Assembly: GCF_004010195.1 (NCBI RefSeq)
Contig: NC_057719.1
Coordinates: 41,752,249 to 41,807,309, forward strand
Length of the DNA: 55,061 bases
Origin: Chiloscyllium plagiosum
Taxonomy: Eukaryota
Direction of reading: 5' to 3'
Shown here: piece after piece, positions 25,546 through 37,170 of the stretch
How positions within the stretch are numbered: the first letter of the stretch is position 1
How the letters are laid out: each line of letters opens with the position of its first letter
Position numbers and translations under genes: made by a program
The notes under the pieces: model-generated
What the model was told of the DNA's origin: nothing
The model's input: the letters and a program-made list of their open reading frames with translations, nothing else
Database searches by the model: none

Positions 25546-26167
25546 TAGCTAATGAATCAATATAGTATCTGGCCACATCTGCTGGTCAGATCACTTACTG
25601 CCCTGTTGAAGGCTAACACCTTCAACATATTGTCTAGCTATCACCATTGTTAACAGCTAACCCGAGAATGCAACTTTAAAATAAAGGGTTTTGTGATTTA
25701 CACATGAAAGAAGTGAAACTATCACTGTATTCTAACTGATGAAAGCTTCCTATTTTACCAAGAACATCTCTTAAGTTAGATGTGGAAAATCCTCGAGATG
25801 GAAGTCAGAATGGACACCTGGCCACTTTAGCTCAATGTTTGCTGTGAGGAACCTCCGTATTGCTCGGTGTGAAACATCACCTCAGGGCACAATCCGTGGG
25901 CACCAGCCTCATGCACCACTCATCCATAGACGTTGGCATCTGAATTTGTCAAGCATTCATAACCGTCATGGCATTTCGCTGCTACACTTGAGGAGTACTC
26001 TGGAAGCACAGACCTGCATTGCTGCATGGACCTGTAACTCACATTGAAATGCTGCTGCAAGGACACTTTATACACAGGTGCTAAATGCATGGATTGGACC
26101 AGGCTACATCTCAGAGCTGTTTGCTTTCTCTTAGCACTTGCTCATTTAGCACCTGCCTGCTTCAGCA

Positions 26168-26225
26168 TCCCTGCCTTGCCCTGCTCTGCCTTGCCTTGCC
26201 TTTCCTTGCCTTCCCTTGCCTTGCT
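26168..26225. repeat. Imperfect (CCTTG)n microsatellite
   Basis: ccctgccttgccctgctctgccttgccttgcctttccttgccttcccttgccttg. Confidence 0.85.
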
Positions 26226-27373
26226 GTGATAATTCGTACAGCCACAATCAGGCAGCTTACATTGCTGGACAGCAGTCCTTAGTGAAGGGAGAAGACTTTT
26301 GCTGTATCACAGCTACATTAATCTTACCACCAGCACATTGTGTCAGCATCTTATGCAGCAAACACACTGTATGTAATACAAGGAAGCTGCCATGTCTCAT
26401 TAGTCCTCACCTAATCCATATAGGCATCTGCCAGTCAGGGGTCACAGCACAGTAAGTTAAGGGCAGTGTGTGTCAGTTCAGGGGATTGTCCACAATCCAG
26501 ACAGGATGTTCTCAGCAAGAGGATCTATGCCCCTGTAGTCTGGGGAGTGGGTCATAGTCAGTCCTTTGTGACCAATCCAGGAGTCGAGCTAACCGGGTCA
26601 GGGAAATGTTCAGCCACCAGTCAGGGGTCTGGCTACTTCTCATCTAGGATTGTTGGGTTAGGTCAGTCAAGTCTGTCAAGTCCATCCTCAGTGTCTAAGG
26701 AGAAAGGGGGATGTTGGTGGTAGATAAGGGAGCCTATTCTTCAGGATTGGAGCTGAAGGCTAGGGGAAGCAGAGTTTGGGGTTTGCGGAGTATGGATGTT
26801 TAGGGCTTCACTGACATGTAGAGGAGGAGGCTGCAAGACACTGGCCAAGGAGCGTACACTGTCACCTTCCATTATGCTGTAAGTTGATAGCGTGCCAGTG
26901 GACAGGGTTGGTGATTTGATCTGTGAGGGAGGGGACTGCAGGACCGGTGAATGGGAGGACCTATAAGGGGAAAGAATGCACAATGGCCCATGTACTGTAC
27001 AATTCAGGGAGGTGTGGGGTCCCTCATTCCTGGCAACCTGAATGCATTGTCTCCCTATTTGCAGTGAACGTTGCTGCACTAAATCACTGACCACCTCATT
27101 CATACCAACAAATTTAGATGCAGAGAGCAGGGAAAGAATAGGAATGTTGCAAGGTAAATGCCAATAATGTCAGCAGGACCTATTGTCCTGTATACACCTT
27201 GTTCCTCTTGCTTCCACATGCTGCACAGGCTGTCAACACACAGATCATCCCATGGTATCAGTTCAGCATCATACTAGCACAACTGCGCTTGCAGCTACAG
27301 TAAACACACAAATGTAAGGTCATAAAAGTGAAGTTTGTACAAACGTGACATTACATCTGCCAACTTTTTCTAG

Positions 27374-27534
27374 ATTCAAAACAAACAGATAACTCAGCTG
27401 TCTCCCAGGATTCTACTGCTGATCGACTGCTCAATCTTTCAAATAAGGTTTTGCCACAGAGATTTGAAAACTCTCCAGATGTCAGAAGGCTTAAAACAAA
27501 CACATTACCTTCACAAATGTGTCATGCACAGGAG
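27374..27534 (+). CDS. NRAC: NRAC-like gene, coding exon (phase 1 to 0)
   Basis: Acceptor ctttttctag and donor GAG|gtagga bound 161 open nt: (D)SKQTDNSAVSQDSTADRLLNLSNKVLPQRFENSPDVRRLKTNTLPSQMCHAQE. The phases bridge the flanking exons. Confidence 0.65.
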
Positions 27535-28000
27535 GTAGGATATCTTAGCATGTCAATGTGTGTTTCAGTGGGACATTTGTGTCTTTCTGAACTTATCATT
27601 AAGGAAGATGAACTAGTCTTACAGACTAGGTTAGCTGTCACTTATATTTATACCCATCATTAAATAAAAATCAGACAAGATTCAATAGCGCTTAGCTTCT
27701 TGATCAGATCTTTCCAGTTAGTCGAGAGTTCAGTTAAAGGTCAATATTGACCTTGTTTTCCTTGAAAATTACTTTTTTGATGAAAATTTAACAATATGGT
27801 ACAGACGACATGAAGTCTGAGAGAAAAGAAATCTAGGAATCCAGTGGAAGGATATCTGAATTGGAGTTAATTATCTACAGCCATTTGATTAAAAACTCTA
27901 TATTTTTAAAATAAATCATATCTACCACAAATAGAGAATTAGAGATTTTAAATATTTTGGTGAATACAGAGATAGTTTAATAATATTTTTAAACCACCAG

Positions 28001-28139
28001 GTGATTGCACTTAAATGTCCAGCATCTATACTGAGGAGGAAATCCAAAATGACACAAAATGCAGATGGTTATGTTTCTCACAGAGCAAGAGCTGAACGAA
28101 GAGTTCGATTTCAAGAATTGGATGAAATAATTTTTGACA
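28001..28139 (+). CDS. NRAC: NRAC-like gene, conserved exon with SILK-type and RVxF motifs (phase 0 to 1)
   Basis: Acceptor ccaccag, donor A|gtatgt. VIALKCPASILRRKSKMTQNADGYVSHRARAERRVRFQELDEIIFD aligns with recalled human C14orf180 KCPPSILKR...RRVWFREP. Confidence 0.85.
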
Positions 28140-28199
28140 GTATGTTTGACCATCTAATATTATATAAAGCAAATGGATAGCAACATTAAGTTTTGTTTA

Positions 28200-28885
28200 T
28201 AGAGAGCTGCACAGGACTGGGATGATATTTTTGCAGGGAGATTTGATAGTGCTGTTGGGGTGAGATTCAAGTACCTTTACAGGGGGATGGGAACCTGAGG
28301 GACAACCCAAATTGAGGGAAGTAAAGTAGGTAACAGTAAATAGAAAAGCTGCTGGGGGGACTATGGAACAGGAGGAAAAAAGCATCAATTATGCTTCAAA
28401 AACAGAATTATGTCAAAAAGACAAAGTTAAGGGCACTCTACCTAAAGGCATACACCATTTTCAGCAAGATAGGTGATCAAAAGACACAAATAGAAGTAAA
28501 TTGTTCTGATTTAATTGCCATGACAGAAACTTAGCTGCATCACAATCAGCATTGGAACTGAATATTTGATATTTAGGAATGACAGACAATAAGGTAAAAG
28601 AGATGGAATTGCCCTCATAATATAAAATAGGATCAGTACATTAGTAAGGGAGAACCTCAGATCAGTGTGAGAAATCTGTGTGAGTGGAGCTCAAGGAGCA
28701 AGGTGCAGCAGACATTGCTTCCAGTTATTTATAGACCACCAAATACAGATGGGGGGGGGGATGCAGAGGAGGGGGGGGGGGAGGGGGGGAGGGAAGAGAG
28801 GCATTAATCAGGAAATGAGAGAAGCTTGTAGCATAGGAAATGCAACAAATATGAGTAACCTCAATCTGAATGTAGATTGCACAAG
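28200..28885 (+). mobile_element. Degraded CR1 ORF1/ORF2 junction (endonuclease start) containing a G-rich tract
   Basis: Remnants of DLIAMTET and YRPP-like segments; G runs at 28750-28796. Confidence 0.6.
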
Positions 28886-28898
28886 CCAATCGAGCAGT

Positions 28899-29085
28899 AA
28901 AGATAAAGTCCCCATAGTCCCACTTCCTCATTACAGAGAGATAACTGGTGGTATTTATACCTGAGGCTCATCATGCCTCAGATGGGGGTAAGGTTGAGGA
29001 AGTGGAATCTTTGTAGTAACTTCACTTGAAGTGGGAACTGAACCCACAATGTTGGCACTATTCTGGAGCACCAACTGAGCTAACC
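28899..29085 (-). mobile_element. Short tRNA-derived SINE (third family)
   Basis: The minus strand starts ggttagctcagttgg (A box) and continues to gggttcagttccc (B box). Confidence 0.55.
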
Positions 29086-29436
29086 TTTTGGGATGTGGAA
29101 CTACAATATTGTAGAATATTACATCATGTTTGAAATTGAGATAGTCACATTTGAATAAGGGACATTATAAGGCATTTAACACAAATTGATTGAACTGAAT
29201 TGGAATAATACATTAAAAAACATTACTGTACATAGGCAATGGGCCGTCTTTAAAAAAGAGGGTTGTGAATCTTTGGAATTATGTACTGCAGAGGGCTGTG
29301 AAAACTTAGCCTTTGAGTATATTTAAAGTAAATGTTGATAAATTTCTGATTGCCATTGGTATAAAATGTTGCGTAGATAAAGGCATTGAAGTGTTTGTGA
29401 AAGTGAATTAGATGGTGAAACAGGTTCAATGGACTC

Positions 29437-30345
29437 TTAGAATTCCTACACTGTGGAAGTAGGCCCTTCAGCCCAACAAGTCCACACTGATCCTCCCACC
29501 CAAACCCATTCTTCAAATGCACCTAACCTGAACACTATGGGCAAATCAGCATGGTCAATTCACCGCACCATCTTTGGATTGTGGGAGGAAACCCACACAG
29601 ATACAGGGAGAATATGCAAGCTCCACATAGACAGTTGTATGTACTTAATTTTACCCTGCAGTTTGTTCCATGCCAATATTTTATTTGCACACTGGGTTTT
29701 GTGGTCATCTTAGAATAGGCAGAAAAAATCAATCAGACTTCAATATGCGCAGAGGTAGTGAATTATTGACTTTGCCAGAAGGTCTTCATGCGACATGTTG
29801 ATGATAATCATGACATGAAGGGATTTGTGGATAGTGCAGATAAGTTACTGACTGTAAATGGTCATCAGTTGTAGAATAGGCTTGAGCAATTTATCGGTTG
29901 CTCCTGCTCCTCCGTTCTTATGGAGGCCAACCTTGTTCATCATATTTCACTTCTTAATTTCAGAATATTAGTTAATATCGTGGGCGGCACGGTGGTTAGC
30001 ACTGCTGCTTCACGGTGCCAGAGACCCGGGTTCAATTCCCGACTCAGGCGACTGACTGTGTGGAGTTTGCACATTCTCCCCGTGTCTGCGTGGGTTTCCT
30101 CCCACATTCCAAAGATGTGCAGGTCAGGTGAATTGGCCATGCTAAATTGCCCATAGTGTTAGGTAAAAAGGGGTACATGTAGGGGTATGGGTGGGTTGCA
30201 GGTCGGTGTGGACTTGTTGGGCCGAAGGGCCTGTTTCCACACTGTAAGTAATCTAATCTTAAAAAAAACAGTTACTCAAGGCTGGAATTGAACCCAGGTC
30301 CCTAACACTGGGAGGTAGTAGTGCTAACCACTGAGCCACCATACC
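29437..30345 (-). mobile_element. HE1 V-SINE split in two (29437-29636 and 30269-30345) by an inserted block
   Basis: The tail/V-domain part ends ...ctccacatagacagtt; the head resumes acagttactcaaggctggaattgaaccc. Confidence 0.8.
29981..30258 (+). mobile_element. HE1 V-SINE, well preserved
   Basis: gggcggcacggtggttagcactgctg...gggttcaattccc...tgtggagtttgcacattctccccg...taatctaatc. Confidence 0.93.
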
Positions 30346-31249
30346 AACTCATAGCCTACTCCTCTGTTCCTATATTCCTATGTAACAAAGGGCAAGCCTC
30401 AATAAGCTGAACAATTATTTTCAACTCCAACTTCTCTTGTATAATGCTATTTCAGGCTTAGAATTTCAGAATTTAATTTGAGTTAATTTTATGATCAGGA
30501 AAAGGATTATTCATTGAGAATAGAGCACTCAATAAGTTATGTTCCAAACATTTCCTAAATGTTAACTTTTTAGATAAATGTTTATTTGAGCAGACCTATT
30601 GCTGCTGTTCTAAATTTCATGAACAAAATAGGTTACTCTTCCGTCTTCTAGCCATGCACATATGTATGCAAAGCAAATTCCACCTACTAACATAAAAACA
30701 GAATGTTGGAATATTTATAGTAGTCTAACAATGTGTCACATCAAAAACATCTTTCTTTTTCAAATGCTGGTCAATGTGTTCACTTCCCAAACTTTTATTT
30801 TTGTTCAAAATGTCCCACATTCTCAGTTCTGTTATTTTGCCACCTCTATTGATATCAAATTGTTTACATCCAGTTTAATATGTGATGAAAAGGTTGATTT
30901 ATTGCACCTGACAAACTTACATTTCGAAAACTTCTCATTGTCATGAGATAGAGAGTGAATTTATTCAGTGTCTAACAAAAATAAGATTCTAGGCTCACAT
31001 TAGTCAGGAATCAACATGTGAGGTATATTACCTGAATATCATTATCTTTCTGATTGGGTTTTCCCAGCTGGCTTTAGGACCACATAAATTTCTGTCAGCA
31101 GAATCCTTATATTTTTTTTCAAATGTCTTGTAAAACTTTCAGCAAACCTGATCTCATGTTACTGGTTTAGTTTCCCCACCTGGACAATGTTGCGTGACCA
31201 CTGAGTGGTTCATTTTCTCCCCTTCTCAGTTTTGTTGTCATAATCAGTG

Positions 31250-34200
31250 TGGGGAGCATTTGATGCTACAGGAGAGGCAGTTACAGGAGAGGCAGCTCAG
31301 CAGCTACAGGAGATGATTGAGCTTGTGGGCCTGTGGGCCTTCAATTTGGTCAGCGGGGAAATGATAACCACTCCTCTAGCCTGGGGATTCTGCTGCCAGG
31401 AGGCAACTTCACCATCTCTGAAGTTAAGGAGGTCGTGGGCAGGGGCCTCCTCATAGCAGACATTATGTACAGAAACGCTCCCCTCAGACTAATTAATGCG
31501 TATGCCCCAGTGTGAAAGAGTTAGCTTCCACTGTTGCTGGTTACATCCAGGTCAGTCATTCTGACCAGAGGCTTCAATTGTATCATTGATGCAGAATGAC
31601 GATCCAGTGGGGAGGACAAAAAAACTGGATGCCACGTCCAGATTCCTGATTGAAACGGTCAAAGATGCCAAGTTGCATGACATCTTCAACACCCCTGCAG
31701 ACAGATCGCAGCATAGATACACCTGGTCATGGCCAGTCAGGTCCATCTGCTCAAGGAGAGATTTCCAGTTTGTGTCCTGAGCGTTCCCGCTCAGATCCAA
31801 CAACGTCAATCTGGTGTTCTTCTCTGGCCACTGCCTCCTGCTGGCTGACTGCCACCTACAGGCACACCAGCCGGCGGTCAAGGGAACGTGGAAGCTGAGT
31901 GTGGAGTTGTTAGCCCCAGAAAACATTGAGGAGCTGCAAAGGTATTGCACAGGTTGGAGAACCATGAAGCTCCTCTCTGAGTCTCCAGTGGATTGGTGAG
32001 AAACAGTCAAAGTGAACATCAAGAAGTATTTTATTCTCAAAGCTGTGCAGAAGGTGAGAGAGAGGTGGGAAAAACTGTCAAATATTCAGAAGGGTATGCA
32101 GAACCTACTCCTGCTGCAGATGATTGAGGGTCAATATCACGAAGCACCTCAGGAGATGAAAGGCCAGCAAGCCTCGTTCTTTGCCTTGGAGACCTCCAAG
32201 ATAATCTTCTGGCCAAGGATCCACTCCATGGAGTAGGACGAGAAATGCTCACATTTCTTCTTCCAGAAGGTGCAAAAGGAGGGCTCCATGCTCAGCAGCC
32301 TGCAGGAAGAAGATGGCTCAGTAACATCATCTCAGTCTGACATCATGAGGATCAGCAAATCCTTCTATGCCAATCTGTATGACACGAAGCCAACCGACAG
32401 CGTGGCCTCCCAGTCGTTCCTGTCCTCTATCACGGAGGTCTTAGATGATAGCACGCGGGAGAGGCTGGACCAGCCATTATCTCTGGATGAGCTGACCAAG
32501 GCCCTCGAGTCCTTTGAAAACTCTGGGAAGTGATGACTTATCAGTTGAGTTCTATTTTGCTCTATGGGACTTGATCAGCCAGACCTTCTGGAGGTGTATG
32601 TCAGCTTGCTTTGGGCAAGTACCATGAGTGAATCCATGAGGAAAGGCATCATCATGCTCATCTACATACAGAAGAGAGAGAGGGAGGAAATTAGCAATTG
32701 GCGACCAATCTCACTGCTAAAGATGGGCTACAAAATCGGGTCAGGTCTGCTCTGGGATCAGTGATTCACCATGACCAAACCTGTGCTGTTCCGGGCAGGA
32801 AGATCGCTGAGAGTCTCGCACTCCTCAGGGATACGATCACCTACATACAGGACAGGGGGTAGACACCTGCTGGACCAGGACAAAGCCTTTGACAGGATTT
32901 CGTACACGTATATGAGAGATGATCTCTCCAAAATGGGCTCTGGGGAATTTCTGCAATTGGATCCGACTGCTCTGCACCAACATTGTTAGTGCAGTCTCAA
33001 TCAATGGGTGGGAATCAGAAAGCTTTCCAATCAGACCAGGAGTCAGGCAAGGCTGCCCTCTCTCTCCTGCCTAGTGTGTGCTGCTGTTTAGAGCCATTTG
33101 CTGAGTTCATCAGGAAGGATGTGAGCCTGACAGGGGTGACTATTCCTGGTAGCGGGGGCCAGGAACTGGTTAAGGCCTCCCTGTACATGGACGATGTTGC
33201 CATTTTCTGCTCGGATCCACTGTCAGTGCACAGATTCATGTGCACCTGCAACCAGTTTGAACAGGCCTCGGGGCCAAGGTAAATCTTTGAAAACTGGACT
33301 GACAATCCTCTATCCCCTTCACCGTCAGGACTGACCACCTGAATATGCTGGGTATTTGGTTCAGAGGGGTTGGGGCATGCGCCAAGTCTTGGGAGGAGCA
33401 TGTCACTGAGGTGGGACAGAAATTGGGTATGTGGAGCACCGGTTGCTCTCCAAGGCGGGTAAAACTTAGTCATCAGGTGTGAGATGCTCTCAGTGTTGTT
33501 ATACATGGCACAGGTCTGGCCTATTCCCTGAACCTGCGCCGCCACAGTCACCCAGGCCATCTTTCACTTCATGTGGAGATCGAAGATGGACTGTATCCGA
33601 TGGGACACCATGTACAAAGACCTGTACAAAGAGGGAGAAACACATCCAATGTGACCCTCACTCTGATGGCCACCTTTGTGTGTGGCTGCATCAAACTGTG
33701 AGTGGATCCCTGGTACGCAAACGCTAAGTGTCACTACATACTGAGTTCTGCCTGTCCCTGCTGTTGTGAAGGATGGGCCAGGCCTTGCTGCCATGGAATG
33801 CTTCAAGTAGTTGGACCATTTCATATCACCTGTCCATCATGGAGAAATTTGTGAAGGAAAATACCTTTGACCACAAATCCATCAGGAAGTGGTCAGCACG
33901 TAGTCTTTGAGACCCTTGGGGAAAAGGAGACGACAGATCCTGTCGAGCGGTTCCCTGCACAGACTGTCTGGATGCTTCATTGCCCGAACTCTCAAACAAG
34001 CACAAGGACATCGTTTGGCTGATGGTGAGAAGGGCTCTGCCAGAGAGATCCTTTATACATGCCCGGACTCTCTGTACCACCGCACGCTGCCCTCGAAGTG
34101 GCTGTGGAGGGGGCGAGACTGGTGCACACCTCCTTCGGGAATGTGCATCTGCAAATGAAGTCTGGAGAGTAATGTATTGGACGCCGTGCTCTATGGTCAG

Positions 34201-34656
34201 TTTCTTGAGACTGACACTGAGTTGAACATCAACTGTGCCTGGAGGACCATCAACTCGGTGATAGACGCTCTTTGTTCTGCCCAAACTTTGCTGGTCTTCC
34301 AGTAGAAGGAGTTGACCCCAACTGAGTGTTGCAACCTGGCACATTCCAACATCCAGGTCTATGTGCTGAGGGACACTCTAAAGCTTGGAACAACTGCTAT
34401 CAAGGTGCAGTGGGGAAAGACTATGTGTAAGGTCCTTCTGCTGAAGAATAACTGGGGCTCCATTCAGTAATTGGACCCCACAGATGCCTCAGCTAAATGC
34501 CAAGAGGTTGACTGTAAATATAGAGAATGGTGAACATCAAAGACTTAATTTGTTTTCTGTAAGTAAAGAGAGTATAGATCTGAACGGCTTCATTAACTGT
34601 AAATGTCCCAAAGATTTCTTTTTATGAATAAGCTATATTTTTGCAATTTAAAAAAA
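31250..34656 (+). mobile_element. Tx1-clade LINE ORF2 (endonuclease, RT, C-terminal Cys/His region), 5'-truncated and degraded, with A tail
   Basis: LRLINAYAP, WRPISLL, DQDKAFDRISY, GVRQGCPLS, LYMDDV and CPRSGCGGGETGAHLLREC motifs, many frameshifts, A-rich end near 34650. Confidence 0.9.
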
Positions 34657-35069
34657 CCAATTTGATACAGTTTGTGAGGTTTGACTGTATCATGAATTGC
34701 TGGTTCTAATATTTTGACTTTGTTATAAAGAAGGTTTTTCTACTTAAGCTAAATGAAAGTAAGTTAAAATGTAAGTAAATAGTAGATGAAAGGAAATTGA
34801 ACTTCTCTGCAACTGAAGTACTTGAAATAATGCTGCTGGAGTTAATGAGCTATTTTGGAGCTTTTCTGAGCTAAGAGTGGCCAGTCTCTGGTAGATGTAA
34901 TCATTTGTGATTGTGACATTGATAAATTATTCCTTTTCATTCTTCTCAATGAACAGTGGCCTTTGAAATGGATAACCACACCATTCTCCTCTAATGGTTC
35001 TCCTTTATTATCCTGTTGAGTCGGACTATCCCTGTCTGGTTGCATTCCTAGCAATGAATTATCTTCTCT

Positions 35070-35345
35070 TCCAGCTCCCTCACCATTGCCTCTTGTGTCC
35101 CTTAAGGATCCATCTTGGAGCCCTCCCGTTTATCACTTACATGCTGCCCTTTGACAACATCATCCAGGAACACAAGGTCAGGCTCCACATTTACACATGA
35201 TGACTGCCAGCTCTACTTCACCACCATCTCTTTCAATCCATCAATTGAATTGGATTTGTTTGATATCCAGAATGGATGATAAAATATTCCTTCAACTAAA
35301 TGTTAGGATCTGGAATAGTGTGTGTAGTCTTGGTCTCCTTAACTC
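35070..35345 (+). mobile_element. L2-type LINE RT fragment
   Basis: GSILGA..FITYMLP and a degenerate H.Y.DD.QLY remnant. Confidence 0.6.
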
Positions 35346-35399
35346 AGAAATGACGGTATTACCTACAGGGAGAACAACAAGAGTTTTGAAGAATAATAA

Positions 35400-35750
35400 G
35401 TGATTTCTTTGAAACCTACAAAATATATAAAAAGACAGACAGTGTAGTTGTAGATAAGATCATTCTCCCCAGTGAGGAGTCAAGGGTACCATTTAAAAAA
35501 TAAAAAGAATAGCACAAAGAGAAATTCCTTTACTCAGTGGCTTGTCAAGTTTTTGAATTCTCTACTCAAAAGGGTGCCACCAGCTGAGTCTTTGAGTATG
35601 TTTAAAGCAGAGATTGATTTCTGATCATAAAGAGTTATGCAAATAATGTGAGTTAAAAGCACTGAAGTGTTTGATCAGCCATGGTAGTATTAAGTGGTTG
35701 TTCAGACTTAATGGGCTGTTTGGCTCACTCCTGTTCCTATTTTCCTATGA
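35400..35750 (+). mobile_element. CR1 3' end fragment
   Basis: Similar to the 3' ends of the CR1 copies near 14000-14400 and 41200-41570. Confidence 0.55.
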
Positions 35751-36614
35751 AAGCCAAGGCCATTGCCTAAAGTCTTTATGCATAATTACAATTTAATTTG
35801 GATTTAAAGAAAATCAGTATTTCATCCTTCTCATCCACTCTGCATATTTCTAACAAGCGGTTTGAATTCCATTATCTCAAAAGCAATAGCAAATTAAGGA
35901 GGAGGGTCAAAGACAGTTCAAATCCGTTTTCACTTACCCAACTTCAAACTTCTTTCAGAGAACATCTGAAACATCAAATTCAGAAAGGTTCTATAATCGG
36001 TAACAATGCAGCTAGTGTCTAAAAGGTTAGACTGAGAAATGGTATGGAAGATGCATCTGCACAACTGGGATGCTCACAATGAATATTAACATGGTAGAAA
36101 TTGTAGTAGGACAATGACCAAGGTTTAGACTATCATAAAGGCAGGATGCTGTACTTGATTGATGATAAGCAATTGGACATATCCATGGTTCATCAATCAT
36201 GATACAGTCTCAACTTCCAGAAGCAATGGACGGATTTACAAGGGAAGCAGCACTTGCTGAAATGTGTGGAGCTTAATGACAAATGACTTGTTCTAGTGTT
36301 TTGACTTTTGTAAGAAAGAAGACTTTTCTAATTTCAGATTAAACTAACTAATGTAAAACTTAAATGTGAAGGTGAAACTCAATTTATCCTAGCCACTGAT
36401 TCCATCCCTCTCCTTGGTCACTCTTTGTGGCTGAATTAAATCATTCACAATCTTCATGTCCTATTTGTCACTGAAATTAATTTTCGAACTCTTATTCTTA
36501 ATCACCAAGGCTACCTACTTCTACCTCCTTAAAACCACGAGCTTCCATCCTTTCCTCAGCTCATCTGCTTCAGCTTTGTCCTTGTTCCAATAAGCTCAGT
36601 CATAGTGTAATACA

Positions 36615-37170
36615 AATCAAAGGATTGTGGATCCTGAAAATCTGAAAAAAAAAACAAATTGCAGGAGAATTCAGCAGTTTAGCAGGATCTATGGAGAGAA
36701 AGTAGTGTTAATGTTTTGAATCTACTGCCCCTTCCTCAGAACTGATAGCAACTCAGAAAAGGTCATATATATATATACTGTAGACAGAGTGTGGGAAGTA
36801 GAGGAGATTGCAGACTGGGTGTCCCCTTTGAGGAACATCTACAGTCTGTCCACAAAAATGACCCTGACCTTCTAGTCGCCTACCACTTTAATCACACCAC
36901 TGTGCTCCCTGGTCAACATTTTTACCTCATGCCTGCTGCAGTGCTCCAGTCAAGCACAGTCCAATCTGGAAGAACAGTGTCTCATTTTCTGCTTGGAGAA
37001 CCTTCAGCCTTCAGGACTTATTGAGTTCAATAATATTAGAACCTTAACACCTTCTTCTATGTCTGTTAGATATCCCCACACTCCAGGCCCTGTCATGACA
37101 TGGCCTAGTTTCAATAGAGCCAACCTATTTTCACCTACTAATGGTCCACATTACCAGCTTGTTTTTCTTG
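36615..37170 (+). mobile_element. Penelope-like fragment with an inverted terminal segment
   Basis: ORF 36791 reads CRLGVPFEEHLQSVHKNDPDLLVAYHFN, same family as 5735-6180. Inverted terminus at 36615-36790. Confidence 0.7.

Noticed and set aside
24575..25576. ORFs of about 300 aa in the track
   Set aside because: Artefacts of the N gap.
25800..27250. GC-richer block, possibly a Harbinger/PIF remnant
   Set aside because: No convincing transposase motif or TIR could be read.
28750..28796. G-run tract (also the C-run at 21535-21580) as a functional G-quadruplex
   Set aside because: Simple homopolymer expansions that are error-prone in assembly, with no evidence of function.
29981..30060. tRNA gene
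   Set aside because: The A/B boxes belong to the HE1 SINE head and run into the V-domain.
30652..30663. Possible 12-nt phase-1 microexon (ttctag|CCATGCACATAT|gtatgc) for the NRAC-like gene
   Set aside because: Frame-compatible, but too short to distinguish from chance without RNA data.
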